Below are positions 14,815 to 29,168 of a stretch of 64,000 nucleotides of DNA, piece by piece. Both the position numbers and the translations under genes were made by a program. Position 1 is the first letter of the stretch. Every line of letters begins with the position of its first letter. Source of the stretch: Piromyces finnis finn (lineage: Eukaryota; Fungi; Neocallimastigomycota). The stretch is from positions 868,001 to 932,000 of the forward strand of contig MCFH01000009.1 in NCBI GenBank assembly GCA_002104945.1. The letters are read 5' to 3'. The notes beneath the pieces were generated by a model that searched no databases, had not been told where the DNA came from, and worked only from the letters and a program-made list of their open reading frames with translations.

Positions 14815-16170
14815 TTTAAATTTTATTATAATTTTTTTTTTAATTGATAAAGTATTTTACTATTTTTTTTGAGAATTAAAAAAAAAATAATTATAAAATT
14901 ATTATATTGATTTATATGATTGGTTTAAAAATATTTTTAAATTGATGACTGTAAAAAAATTAATTTTATAATATAAATTAATATTCTCAAACCTTTAATT
15001 ATAGTAATATTATTTGTGGTAGGGTATTATTGTTTTATTCTTTTTTTTTATTTAACATAATAAGCAGAATGTATATGAATAAAATATATTTATTGATGTA
15101 TAATTCTTTTGTATTATTTTTTATAATTAATATATTAAAAGCATTTTTATTTACATGCAATAAAACTAATTAATTTTCTATTTTGAAAGTTGTATTATTT
15201 TAATAAATTATGGATGGATATAAAAGGTAATATTAATTTAAAAAAAATCGTGTTAAAGATGATAGTATTTCCATTTAAAAAGGTGTAGAATGCATTGTAA
15301 TTAATATAGATGTAAAGATTTTATAGAATAAACATACTTTAAATAATATTATTTATTAAACAAATATTTTTTTATTTTTTTTGTTGGTGATTTGAAAGTT
15401 GTTGTCATTTGTATTTATAAATTTTGCTATTTTATTTGAATATTATTAAAGTTACAAAAGGTTCACATTTTAATTTTAAATTGGAATAATTAATTTTTAA
15501 ATATTTTTATTATATATATTATATAATGTTAAAAATAAAATTTATATTAATTCCTATAATTTTAAAAATACTATTTTTTATAATTCATTTTATGTTTTAT
15601 TATAATATAATAAAGAATAGAGAAAATTAATATACGTTTAACTATATATTACTGTGAAAAAAAATTCATTATAGTATATTTGAATCATAAATATTTATAC
15701 AATAAACGTTTACAATTTAAACTAACTATGTAGATATTGTTATTTAGATAATGTATAACAGTTAAAGTTTGAGAAAGATATAAATTGCTAATGATTTATA
15801 GCCATATACGAAGAAAGAAAAAAAAAGTTTTAAGTACAAAAAGATGCTATTGTAAATATCTTTTACATTAAAGAAAAATAGTTGAAATAAACTCAAGAAA
15901 TTGCTAAAAAATACAACTAAACTATAGCCAATCTAAAATTTTCAATCACCAAGAATATTTAGTTTGTCACACCTAAAAATTCATTTCTCTATCTCTTGCT
16001 TTTTTTTTTTTATTGTAAACTTTTGTATATAAAAAAGGAATAAATTTGTCTTCTTTATATTATAATTAAATCATTAAAAAAAATAAAGTGTATTATATTT
16101 TTATTTTTTTATTTTTTAAAAAAAATTAGTAGTGAACTTTAGCATTTTTTATTTCTTTAAAATGTAAAAG

Positions 16171-16455
16171 AATAAAATAAAATAAAATAAAATAAAATAA
16201 AATAAAATAAAATAAAATAAAATAAAATAAAATAAAATAAAATAAAATAAAATAAAATAAAATAAAATAAAATAAAATAAAATAAAATAAAATAAAATAA
16301 AATAAAATAAAATAAAATAAAATAAAATAAAATAAAATAAAATAAAATAAAATAAAATAAAATAAAATAAAATAAAATAAAATAAAATAAAATAAAATAA
16401 AATAAAATAAAATAAAATAAAATAAAATAAAATAAAATAAAATAAAATAAAATAA
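16171..16455. repeat. (AATAA)n pentanucleotide microsatellite, about 57 perfect copies
   Basis: Directly visible uninterrupted run in the divergent intergenic region between rpiB and the zinc-finger gene. Confidence 0.97.
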
Positions 16456-16823
16456 AAAAATTATTTAAAAAAAATATTAAAAAATTATTTAAAAATTATT
16501 TAAAAAAAATGATATAGTTGAATATTATTAATCTTAATTTTATAATAGTAAATCATGAGAATTTTTATAAGAAGTAAAATTGAATAAAAATCAAAATTTA
16601 TATTTAATGAAATTTCATTGAATCAAAATAATATCATTTTATATTAAAATATACAAATATTAAATTAAATTGAACGTCTTTTTCATAACAAATTAGTAAG
16701 CCTTATTATTTTAATTAGTTATATTTATATGGTATAAATTTCAATAAAAAATATATCGAAATCTTATTTTAATAAGTTTTGAAAGAATAACTGATAAGTA
16801 AATCAGGAAAAGAATAAGATAAA

Positions 16824-19800
16824 ATGCCTTTACAGAAACAAGCTTCAAATACAATGCCTTCACGATTTAAACAAAATAAACCATTAATATCTCGGCAACC
16901 ATTAAATAAAAATGAATTTAGAAATGATAACTTAATAATTAATAGCTTAAATAAGTATAATTCAAAATCAGAAAATGAAATGCTGAAAAAAGAATTAAAA
17001 TTATGTTCCCAAGTTTGGATGAAGTTGTCAAAATTACCTCTCATAAGATACTTAGAGAAAAAAGTATTTTTTTATTATATTTATTATTTTTAAATTTTAT
17101 AAATTAGATTTTGTGTTATTAATTCATTTTATAGCATAATCCAAATGTACATTTAGATACTAAAATATTGAATGAGATTACAATAATATACGAGAAGATT
17201 AATAAAGAAGAATATATTGGAAAAGATGAATTTTATTCAATGATTATGGATATTATAAATAAATTCGGATTAATTTGTAAACCAACAGCCCAAGTATATA
17301 GTGATTACACTAATTTAAAAGTATTATTCAATTCAGAATGGAATAAATGTTTAAATATATTGAAATTAAATAAAGGTAATTCTTATTTAATAAAATTATA
17401 TATAATTATATTATTTCTTTTTTTTAAATTATAATTATTAACAATCAATATATATATTCGTGGATAAAGATATTATTACAAGTCCAGATAATAAAATAGA
17501 TAAATTAATTTGTACATTATGTAATGAAGAGTTTAAAACAAAGAAGGAATTAAAAATACATTTAAAAACTTGTTTAATAAATGAACAAAAAGTATCAATA
17601 AAAGATGAAGATACAGACAATTCTTTAACACCTTCAATTAAAAACAAATCAGTAATATCACATAGTTCATTGTCTTCACCCATTCCTAATATAAAATATA
17701 AATATGAAAAGAAAGATTTACAAAAAAGTGAGAAAAAAGAATTATCAATATCTTATAAATATTATTCAAGATTTTTTAAACCAGATTTTAAAATGGAAGA
17801 TATAAAAATTGGTGAAGTCATAGATTGCCCATTTAATAATTGTCAAAATTCTTCTAATAGTATTGCTAAACTTATTACACATATAATGACAAATCATCAA
17901 GATAAATTGACTGTAATTTCAGACTACTACTGTTCAATTTGTGGGAAGAGGCTTCCGGATATAACGACACAATTGATTCATTGTGTTGAACATCAATATA
18001 ATAAACGTAGAAAAATATTTTCAAAAGATCATACAACATCAATATTTTCTTCAACAACATCATTATTAAATCCATTGGGTACTATTCAAAACCCATTTAT
18101 TCCAATTAATTCAACTTTACCTATACCATCATCTAATACAAAATCATTAAGTACTAAATCATTAAAACTAAAACGTAAGTATCCATTTTCAATACAGGAT
18201 TGTAATAAACTACCTATAAATGATGGAAAGATTAAAGAAAAAGAAAATAATTTATTTCCATTGACACCATCATCTACATCATCCTTATCTCAAACCTTAA
18301 CCTCACCAGTAAAATTTAATGAAAAACAATTGAAAGAAAATAATACCTCACTGAATATTAGTTTTAAAGTAAAGGAAGGAGAAAAAGTAAAGAAATTAAA
18401 AACTAAAGATAAAGAATATAATACTTTATCTGAAAAATCATCAGATAAGTTAAATAAAAATATATCTGAAAAAATCCAACTTCAACTTGGCCAATCTAGT
18501 GATAATACATTACAATTAAAAAATACTACAAGTAAAACAATTGATTATAAAGTATTAGATGGGGAGAAATCTAGTATTAAAAATATTTCATCTCAAATAT
18601 TCTCACCTGTTGATCAAAAGCTTAGTTATAAACATACCAAAGGTAATATCATGCCAAACTAATATAAATAATAACAGTAATAATAATAAAACTAAATTAT
18701 ATTATATATATTTATTGTAATATTTAACAGAAAGTTTATTGTCATCTTCATCACAATCAAATAAAAACAAAAATTCACCTAATGTTTCATATACACGTCT
18801 AAAATCAAGAATTCCATGTGTTGTTGAAAGTTGCAAGAAAACATATAAGAATATTAAAGGCCTTAAAACACATATTAGCAGATATCACCCAGAAGTTAAT
18901 GTAAATATTGAAGAATTGATTGAATCATATAAAATTCATTCGGAACAAGAAGAGATAAAGAAAAGTAATAAAGTTCAAAATAATGTATCCATTGTTTTAT
19001 CCTCACCAAAATCTACAAATATGAATAACTCATCAATCTTATTATCTGAAGATAAAAATAATTCTTTATTAAAAATACCATCTAATGAAATGAATATTGT
19101 TGATAAACCTTTAACAGAAGATCTAATTAATAATTTAACTAAAGAAAAAATATTAAATAAAGAAAGTAAAGTTGATAAGAAGGTTAAACCTACATCAAAA
19201 GTTGATAATAATTCAATGGATATTGATACACAAATAGGTAAATAACTCTTTAATAATAATATTAAAGTATTAATAAAGTTAAAAAAAATAACTCATTAAT
19301 AATATAAATATATTATCTAATATATAAAGATGATTTAAATAATATGAATTCAGAAGCCTCGTTACCATCCAGTAATAGTTTGAATTTACTACAAGAATAT
19401 TTAAAGAATGATAATGATAATAGTAATTACAATTACAATAATCATACTGTTACTACTACTACTACTACTACAAACAACAACAACAACAACAACAATAATA
19501 ATAGTAATAAAAATATAAATAATAATACAGATCATAATAATACTACTATTACTATTACTACTATCAATAATGATAATAGTAATAATTCCAATCATACTAC
19601 TACTACTAAAAATAATAACCATAATATTGCTATTAAAAATAATGATAGCAATAACAGCAATAATAATAACAATGATGACACAACTACCAACAATAACAAC
19701 GAAAATAATAATAAAAATATAAATAATAATATCAATTCCGTTATAGAGAATTCACAAAACTTAGGTTTAAATTCGGTAATTATTTAAATATAAAATAAAG

Positions 19801-20645
19801 CACTTAAATAAAATAATAATATTTATTAATTATATTAATAATATATTTTTATTTTTATATAGAATATATTTTCATTTTTAGGAAATAATATAAATATGTC
19901 ATATTATTTGCAAAATCCGTTATTATTTAATAACACACTATCTGATTTAACAAAAAATGATTCAAATTTAAAAAAAAATACATCTTTGCTTTCTGATTTA
20001 ACAAAGTCAGAATTGATACCAGAGTCATTATCTACACAGTTTTCAAAAAATAATGAAATGCTATCAAATAATTTATTATTCAATTTATTGTGCAATAACA
20101 TGAATAATCAATCCTTATCATTAAATAGTAGTTTAAATAGTAATCATAATCTGCTCAATGTGCCATATAATATATTTTCAATGCATAATCAAAATGAAAG
20201 AGCAGTAAATTCATTAAATAATACCCTACTTCAATATTTAACAAATAACAATAACCTCAACAACAATATTAATTTAAATAATACAGATAGAGTTACTACA
20301 AACTCCGAAAGTCAATCAAATAGTACAAGTCCAAATGATTCTATTTTAACCAAGGAAAATCAAAATAAAGTCATTACTACCGCTACTATTAATGATGAAA
20401 TGGTAATAGATAAGCTTGATCTTCAAAAAAATAATTCTGGAACAAACGTAGATAACAAATTTTTGAATAATTTTTTTTTAAAAAATAATGCAAGTACTTC
20501 AAATTTGGGTTTACTTAATTTAAATCCATCAACTTCTGACACAAAGTCTTCATTAGATATATTATCAAATAATATTATACCAACATCAGATTTAAAAGCT
20601 TTAAAATCGGAAATATTACAAAAAGAAAACGAAAGGAAACAATAA
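16824..20645 (+). CDS. C2H2 zinc-finger protein with a degenerate bromodomain-like N-terminus and Asn-rich C-terminus; about 6 exons
   Basis: The ORFs at 16824, 17168, 17460, 18739, 19344 and 19896 can be linked by GT-AG introns. There are four C2H2-like fingers (CTLC...HLKTC; CPFNNC...HIMTNH; CSIC...HCVEH; CVVESC...HISRYH). Exon 2 'IYEKINKEEYIGKDEFYSMIMDIINKF...VYSDYTNLKVLFNSEW' resembles bromodomain helices. Confidence 0.6.
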
Positions 20646-21145
20646 TTTAACTAATCAAAATCGAAAGGAATAATGAAATATCATTTTAATCAAATTAATT
20701 GAAATTATTATACATATGAATGACATAATATATAAAGCTTAGCTTATACTTTTCAAAAGAACATATTTACTATTTATTTATTAATTTATTTATTAATCAA
20801 TTTATCTAGATTAATCTTAAAATATTTATTAATGCGTTTTGATAGTATTAATATTATATTTAAATTGTTTGATAAAAAGAATATTTTTATTAACTATTTT
20901 TTTTTTTTTTTTTTTTTTTAATTTTTTGTAAAAAAATTTATTAATTTAATGCAATAATTATCAAATAAACAATTTCTTAATAAATTATAATTATAAAAAT
21001 TTTTAATGTTCTTCAAAGTTTTAATCATGCTTTTATAATAACTTATTTTTATTTATTTATTTATTTTTTATAATATGGATAATACTATAGTAATAATAAT
21101 TCTAGCGTGAGTTAATATGCTCATATATATAAATATATATATATT

Positions 21146-21146
<1 letters not shown>

Positions 21147-21180
<34 letters not shown>
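21147..21180. repeat. Poly(A) tract (about 34 nt) between convergent gene ends
   Basis: Directly visible. Confidence 0.9.
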
Positions 21181-21182
<2 letters not shown>

Positions 21183-21587
21183 ACAGTTAAGAGTATAAAG
21201 ATAATGGGAATATTTTTTTTAATTATTAATTTTATTTATTAATATTTGTTTTAACTAAATTTTTATAATGAGATTATTCTCAAAGTATGTAACTATATAT
21301 TAAAATTATAAAGTATATATATAATAATTTATATATTATTAATGCTGTGTTGCTTTTATAAAAAGGGTAATATGATATTATGATGTATCTTTTTATTAAC
21401 TTTTCATTTTTTTTTTTCTTCTTTTTATTTATATTTAATATTTATATTTAGTATTATAAATTAAATAATAATTTGTTTTATTACTATATTATTCATGTTA
21501 TTAATTTTTCTTATTTATATGTATTTTACAAATTAATAAAGATTATATATACATTATACTTATCGTAAATATTAATACTTTTAATAT

Positions 21588-24500
21588 TTATGATAAGTGG
21601 AAACATCCTCTTCCTTCTTTGTAAGATATTTCAAGTTTTTCTTTCAAAATTTCCTTGGAAGAGTATTGTGGAATCTTTAAGTAATTTGCACATGTCATTA
21701 CACTTGGTAAATATTCATCTGGTTTATGAGATGCTTCAGTTGTTTTACATACAACAGTAAATGGAGGATTCAAATTTTTAAATCCACCTAATGGAAGTTT
21801 TGGACAACCAGTAACAAATTGAATAAACTCTCTTCTTTCAGTATCATCCATTTCTGACATTACTTCTACTAAATAAATAATTTGTGGGCTATCCATAGTG
21901 TAACCGTGATCAGCATGAATACAATTAATTAAATCTAATATAATAATAATAGTTATTATTGAAATGAAAATAATAAAAAAAAAAAAAAAATTACAATTAA
22001 TAAATTATTTAGTATATATATATATATTAAGGAGGAAAAAAAAATAAACTCCTTACTTTCATAACTCCAATCCTCGCTTTCTGAACCACCAAATAATAAT
22101 ACTAATTCTTCATTATCAAATATTGATAAATTAGAAATTGGGAATACAGAATTGAAACCTTTTCTAAATGCTTCGATTTGCTTATTGACACCTTTACCAA
22201 TTGTAAAGTTAATGATTTCTTTAAGGTATTCTTCTACATTCCAATTTGTGACTTCAACTTCACTACCGTTTTCAATCAATTCAATGTCTGGGAAACCTGG
22301 TAGAGTAAAGTCTAAACATAGATCTTGAATAGTAGTATCGTCAATTTTTATATTTTGTACCATGGTATGAAGTTCATCTGGTGAAAGATTTGTATTTGAG
22401 TATATTTCTTTTTTAATATTTGAATATTTCATTATTTGATTTAAGGAATTAACTAATGGTGGATCTACTTGCTATAAATTTAATTTTTATTAATAATAAA
22501 ATAATAATTATAATAAAAAAAAAAAAATAATTTTTAATTTTATATATTATTTATAAGAATAATATAATAATAAGTAATACTAAATAGGGTATATATATAC
22601 CTCTATAATTTTAAGTCCCATTTCTAAATAATTTTTATTAGAACTTAAGCAATATAATTCAGAAAAATTAAGATTATTAACATTATCTTTGATTAATTTT
22701 ACAAAATAGGCATTTAATGGCAAATCAATAGTTCTGAAATCCAACATTGCTTTTGCGACAAATATACCAAGACAGTTAAATAATTTCAACAATTTTCTAT
22801 TTATTAATTATTTTAATAAATAAACATAATTTAATATACAAAATTAGTTAATAAAAAAAAAATGACTTTAAATATTTATATAATCTATATTATAAATAAA
22901 TTATATATATAATATAAATATACATATAATAAATATTTATTGCATATAAAAATCTATAGTTATTTTAACTTTTAAATATTTACCTTCCAGTTTTGGTATC
23001 TAAATTGTCAGGATTAATTGGTGCAGGGAATAAACCATATTTTATATTAACGTAAGTATCTTCTTGATTTGGATTTCCGTTAGTGAAATTGATCCTATTA
23101 TTATCAAGCTCTGGAATACCAGAATTAATTTTAATGTTGAGATCTTCAACAGAAGTTGAATTATTAGATGTAACATTGGTAATACTAGAATCATTATTTG
23201 GGATGAGAGAGGATAAAGAAGAGAATGTACTATCTCCTTTTAAGGAAGAGAGTGATGTATTATTATGAGATTTTTCAAAAGTTTCTTTGTTTTGAGTTGT
23301 GGTAGCATTGTAAATATCTTCATTAGTTTCTTTTTTAGATTTGTTGACTTCTTTCTTTTCTTGTTCAAGAATTGAATTTATACTAGATTCATTACTATCG
23401 TTTGAATCTCTCCATAGCTTATATTTACTTTTGCATATTTCATTACTTACCAAACTATAGAATTCTAGAGTTGGACCTAAACCTGTACCAACTTCATTAT
23501 AGAATTCTATTTCTAATAAAGAGTTTTTAACACCATACAGTGGCATAATTTTTATTATGCTTTCGAGGATATGATTACGATTAACACGAACTTTTTGACG
23601 TTGGAGTCTTCCGAAAAGTGATTGGTCTCTTTGATTATTATTACCATTAGGATTATTAGAATGTTGCCATCTATTCATACTTCTACCATAACCAAAGGAT
23701 GTAGATTGTAGGTAGAGTATACGTGTATCGAAACTTATTAAGAAACTGAAATTATGTGTGATTTCATGACACCAAGATGGAAGAACATTACTAGCAACAA
23801 TTAATGGTTCATCTAATTGTCGGCCCAACTTTGCTGTAATTTTTGTATTAATGAAGTGATCTTTTGGAATAAAAACTAAAAATTGTTTGTTATTATTTGA
23901 TCCATTTTTGTTTTCTGCTGATAAAATATCTGGATGATTAATATAAAAGTCATCATATGGATTATTTATTTTATATAATACATTTAATACAAAAATAACT
24001 TTTCCATTAATTGTATCAATAGATAAACATTTTGGCATTGATGAGGAATATCTTCTATTTATTTTTTTCTTTTTTTTATCGTCAATATCTACAGAATTAT
24101 CATAGTCATTATTATTTATATTCATATCATTATCATCTGATAAAGGTACTTTTTTCATATTACCCCTAAAGAAAATTGTATATGAATGTTTCCAAATATC
24201 AACATTATCATTAGAAATTTTTGATTGGTTTATGTCATTATCTTCCGAATTTTTCTTACCCTTTTGTTTCTTTTTTTGTTGATTTTGTTGTTCATATTTC
24301 CAACAAGCACCAAATACTGTAGTTTCATTAGTAATAATAATTTCTTTATTATTTGGCTCACCAATAGTAAATTCAATATTTAATTTTGTATGTTCCTTTT
24401 CCTTTTTGAATTTATTAGATGAATTAGCTGATTTTTGCACGTTATGAACCAATCTTGTTAAAAATGATCCTGAAAATCTTTTCTTTTTTTTTCCTTTTGT

Positions 24501-27500
24501 GCTCTTTTGAGTTGTATTGTCTGTATTCTATATATAATATAAATATTAATAATTAAATATTAATATATGTTATACTATATTTTTAATATTTATGTTATAT
24601 TAATTATTAATAAATAATTTTTAAATCAACTTACCATTCTATTATCACTCTGTTCTGTTTCACTTTTATCATCCTGATAATCATATTCATCAATTTCATT
24701 AGCTGATGAGTCATCATCACTAGAATTATACTTACTATCTTCATATCTTGCATATTGTGGATAATACTTAGAACGTATAAATTCATCAATTACTTTAAAT
24801 GGGGCAATTGCGTGTACAGTAACACTCATTTGTGATATTTGCTTCATAATTGAAATATCATCCATACACACCAACTTAATATGAATTTGTTTAACAAGTT
24901 GAAGTGCAGAATTCTGTGATGAAGAGTCATTTGAATTCACTGAACTTATATCTGTATTGCTTGCGAGAAAACTTTCATATGGTTGTAATTTTTTCTTTGG
25001 AATTCCACTATAAAGTTGGAAGTTTTCATAACGCGATAATATTTCTTGTAATTTTTTAACAATATTTGGAAAAGCATTAGGAACATAAAGATATTGATTA
25101 GGTGTTTTATAAGGCCATGGTCCATCTAAAAATACATGAATAAAGGCTTTAACTCTTTGAATATATTTTGCATTATTTTTTTCAGCCAATTTCATAATTT
25201 CAATATTTTTTTTTTTAGATTCAATGATATTCTCTTCACTTAAATAAATTACTAATGAATCAATAAGACCACTTTTAATTATTTCATAACCAGTTATATT
25301 ATCTTCTTTAGAGCTGTCAGAAAAGTATTTTGCAACTTGATGTAATTTCAATATATTCGCAACATCATCATTTTTATCATCATCAAAATTAATTAAATCT
25401 TTTGATAGAACCTTAATTTTTTCATAAGAAGATTCAATATTACTGTGATCATTATGTAATTTTTCGGATATTTTTGTTGATATAGTCAATATCCATATCA
25501 TTACTTCTGTAATTAAATAGGATTTTTTGTTTAAACTTTTAATTGAAGGAATTACATTAGTATTTCTTACTGGAATGCCATTGAAATTAACTAAAGATTC
25601 CATAAATGATTTCACACCATTAAATATGGCATTTTCGGATTCATTTGAATTTTCTTCTTTAGGCTCTTCATGCATTTGTTTTTCTAATTTTTTTAAAAAA
25701 TATAGAAAAAAAAATATGAATTTTTAAAAATATTAAATATTAATATTAAAGATTCTATCTAAAAATATATATTTATATGCTTATATTTATTTTGGTATTC
25801 TTACTATTTGAATTTTTACTATTAGAACTATTATTATCATTATAAGTTTCTTTAGATTTTATATCTTCTTTCTTTTTGTAATTATCATTTCCATTATTGT
25901 AATCCATATTTATTTCATTATCATTATTATTTTCTTCTATATCAATATCCATATTGTTTGAATTATTATCTTCTTTTGTTGAGCTTGTACTTTCTATAGT
26001 ATTTGTATCAATTTCCTCATCACTATTACTAGGTAATAATTCAAATGAATTAACATTTGCATCTTTAGTGGAACCCATTTCCATAAATTGATCTTGGGAA
26101 ACGTTAGTATCAACATTATCATTATTTGCAGAATTTTTGTTGGATGATGATGATCTTAAATTTTTATATTTTGTTGAGAATGAATGCTTTTTCTTGATAA
26201 ACTTTGATTTTATATCAGATAATCCTTTTTTTGAAAGTGAACTTTGTATTTCATAAACTGAAGACTTTTGTTCTAACTTTTTATTCAATTTAGTAATATT
26301 ATCACTAGATTCCAATATTTTATCAATAATAGCTAAAAGACCATCGCGAATAAACATTTTTTCGAAATATTCACTATTGCGTTCAATAACAATAGTTGAA
26401 AGTTGCAAACCAATACATAATAAAAATATTGAATCAAAATCTAAATTTTCATTTACATTATTAACTGATCCATTGAGTAGGGCATCGTTGTTATTTAAAG
26501 CACATAATTCACTTATAAATTTACCAAATTCATCTTTATTTACAATAACATTTTGTAAATTATATGTATTGTTTTCAATGTCCAATTTATTTACCCACCA
26601 AATTATTTTTGATACACTTTCAACTGTTAACTTTCTTAAAGGTATATTTGATGAACATAAAAATATTTCAATAAGAACTGGGAATATACTTTTACTACAA
26701 TCTTTTAAAATATCAGGCTCATCTTTGAAGAATGAAAGTTTATCTTCAAATAAACTATTCTTGTTGTTTTCCTGTTTAGTGCTATTTTCTTCTTTTGTTG
26801 TTATTCTCCATATTCCCTCTTATATTTTAATATAAAGTAATATTAAATTATAATAAATTTTTTTTATAAATATTATTAATGTATTATATTTAATTATATA
26901 ATTATAAAAATTTCATTTATAATATTTTAAATACCATCTGGAAGATCAGGTAATAATTCATTTATAAGCTCCAAAATAATTTTTGTTTCTTCAATTGAAT
27001 TATTAAGGATGATTGGTGATATTTTGGTATTCAATTCAAGAGTATTATTTATATCAATATCTGTAATATAAATGAATATAATAAATAAATATAAAATTGT
27101 ATTAATTATCTTATTGTTATTATTATTATTATAACAATTAACAATTAGTAGTTTTATTATTTTATAAATATTTTACAGTTAATATGGAAATAATTATTTA
27201 TTATTGCAATTAGCTTATTTGATTTTATTATATCAAATGTTTTCTTTGATGATCCTTTAAATATTCCTATTAATATTTTAATTAATTCCACAAATATAAA
27301 TGAATCATGAATTTGGATTTTTGAGGCTTTATCTGGAAGGAAGTATTGAATTACAGAATCAATAAAGTCATTGGAAAATAATTCCTATATATATTTTTAA
27401 TGTAATATGTATAAAAAAAGTTAATGCTTTTATAACAGCAACAAAAAAAAAGAGTATTTGCTATAATTTATACCTCCACTTTATTATTTAACTTTGATGT

Positions 27501-28958
27501 CCATAAAGACATATTTGCTAAAGAAAATGCAACACCTTCAACAATTTTTTTATCAGAATAAGATATTAAATTCTCTAAAACTGGCACTACTTCTTTTAAC
27601 ATTGAGTAATAATCATCAACTTTTATGATATATAAAATAACAAATAATTAATTTATTTTAATTATATATATATATAATTTGATTATATAAATAAAACAAA
27701 TATCAAATATTTAATTATATTTACGATGTTTGTTACTAGCTAATAAAGCTTTGCTAGCATTGCCAATAATTGATATCGATACTCTCTGGACATGTAAAGG
27801 ATAAAAGTCGAAATATTGAATTATGTTAAATAATTTACAAGTCCTTAAAATTGAATTTGGTTGATCCATTGAAATTTTATTTAAAATCTATAAATTATAT
27901 TAATATTAAAATGAATTTATTATTTTTATTATGATATATATTTGTAATTCATAATATCACTTATAAAAAAGAAATTTACACTTAAAATATGCTCTGCAAG
28001 ATCAATATATTCTATTTCAACTAATTTATTTATTAATATTTTTACACCTTTATTTTTTATAATTAAATATTGGCAGGGTGGAAAAGCTTCAATAAAATTG
28101 TTAATACATCTATAAACTAAAAGCATAATATCAACAATGCCTATTATTATCAAATTAATTATAATAATTATAGATTAATCTTATTATTTTCTTTTAAAAT
28201 AAATATATTTATTTATAGAAAATTTAATTACATTCACTTCCCATTCCAAAGTCATCTGAGTATTGTATTACTTAAAATAATTAAAATATTGATTATAAAT
28301 TAATATTTCTAAATTTATAAATATTTCTATATGTTACAAGTACTAAATGTCTACCTCCAAATATTGGTGAATCAAGAATATTTATTAATGCAGAAATATA
28401 TTCTTCTGGTGTTCCTCCTAATAATCTAAGACTTCTGTGGCCGACAAACATTTCCTCTATTTTTTTTTTAAAAAAAATTAATATTAATGCATAATCTTGT
28501 CAAAAAATTATTCTTAAAACTTCTATAAAGTTATAAAATATACCAGTTGCAACACATAAAATTCCAGATAAATCTTGTAATGTTGACATAAGAAGATATA
28601 AATTATCAAACTTTGTTAAATTATTTAGAAGTTCATTACGACGTTGAATAATATTTTCTTTCGTTTTCCTTGAGAATTCTGAAAGGTCAATTCCATAGTC
28701 TTCATAATCTTCATTTCTCTCTTCATCATATTGATACATATCTTCTATAATACCATCATTTTCTTCATCTTCATCTTCTTCATCTTCTTCTTCATAATTA
28801 TCGTTGATATTATTGAAGTCGTTATTATTTCTTTCCTTATTATTTTCATTTTCAACATTTCTATTATCATTATATATATTATCATTTGAATTATCTTTTT
28901 CAGCTGGATCCAAATTCATTTCATTCTCAATATTACTTTTGTTTTTTGAAGATTCCAT
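21588..28958 (-). CDS. UFD4: HECT E3 ubiquitin ligase, UFD4/TRIP12 family; multi-exon
   Basis: ARM-like N-terminus 'FIEAFPP...KLVEIEYIDLAEHILS'. HECT domain 'LEIEFYNEVGTGLGPTLEFYSLVS', 'LDFTLPG', and C-terminal 'FIQFVTGCPKLPLGGF...LPSVMTCANYLKIPQYSS...GCFHLS' with the catalytic Cys. Confidence 0.93.
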
Positions 28959-29129
28959 TGCTTATTTTTACTGAAATATACTTAATGAAATGTTAAAAAA
29001 TTAATTGTGAGAAATTAATATAAAAATTATCAAGAAGAAACTGTCACACTTTTTCGAATTAAATTTTATATGAAATAAAACAATAAATCTAGATAATTTA
29101 GAAATATTTAAAATTATATAAATAGAATA

Positions 29130-29168
<39 letters not shown>

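Noticed and set aside
16769-19622. Antisense or alternate-frame ORFs overlapping real genes (e.g. 16769, 17438, 17875, 19401; likewise 25527, 26377, 43134, 44592, 48232, 57122, 58530)
   Set aside because: They are shadow ORFs of AT-rich coding exons with hydrophobic low-information translations.
21147-21180. Poly(A) tract as a retroelement or processed-pseudogene tail
   Set aside because: No upstream element body or target-site duplication is visible, and homopolymer runs are common throughout this window.
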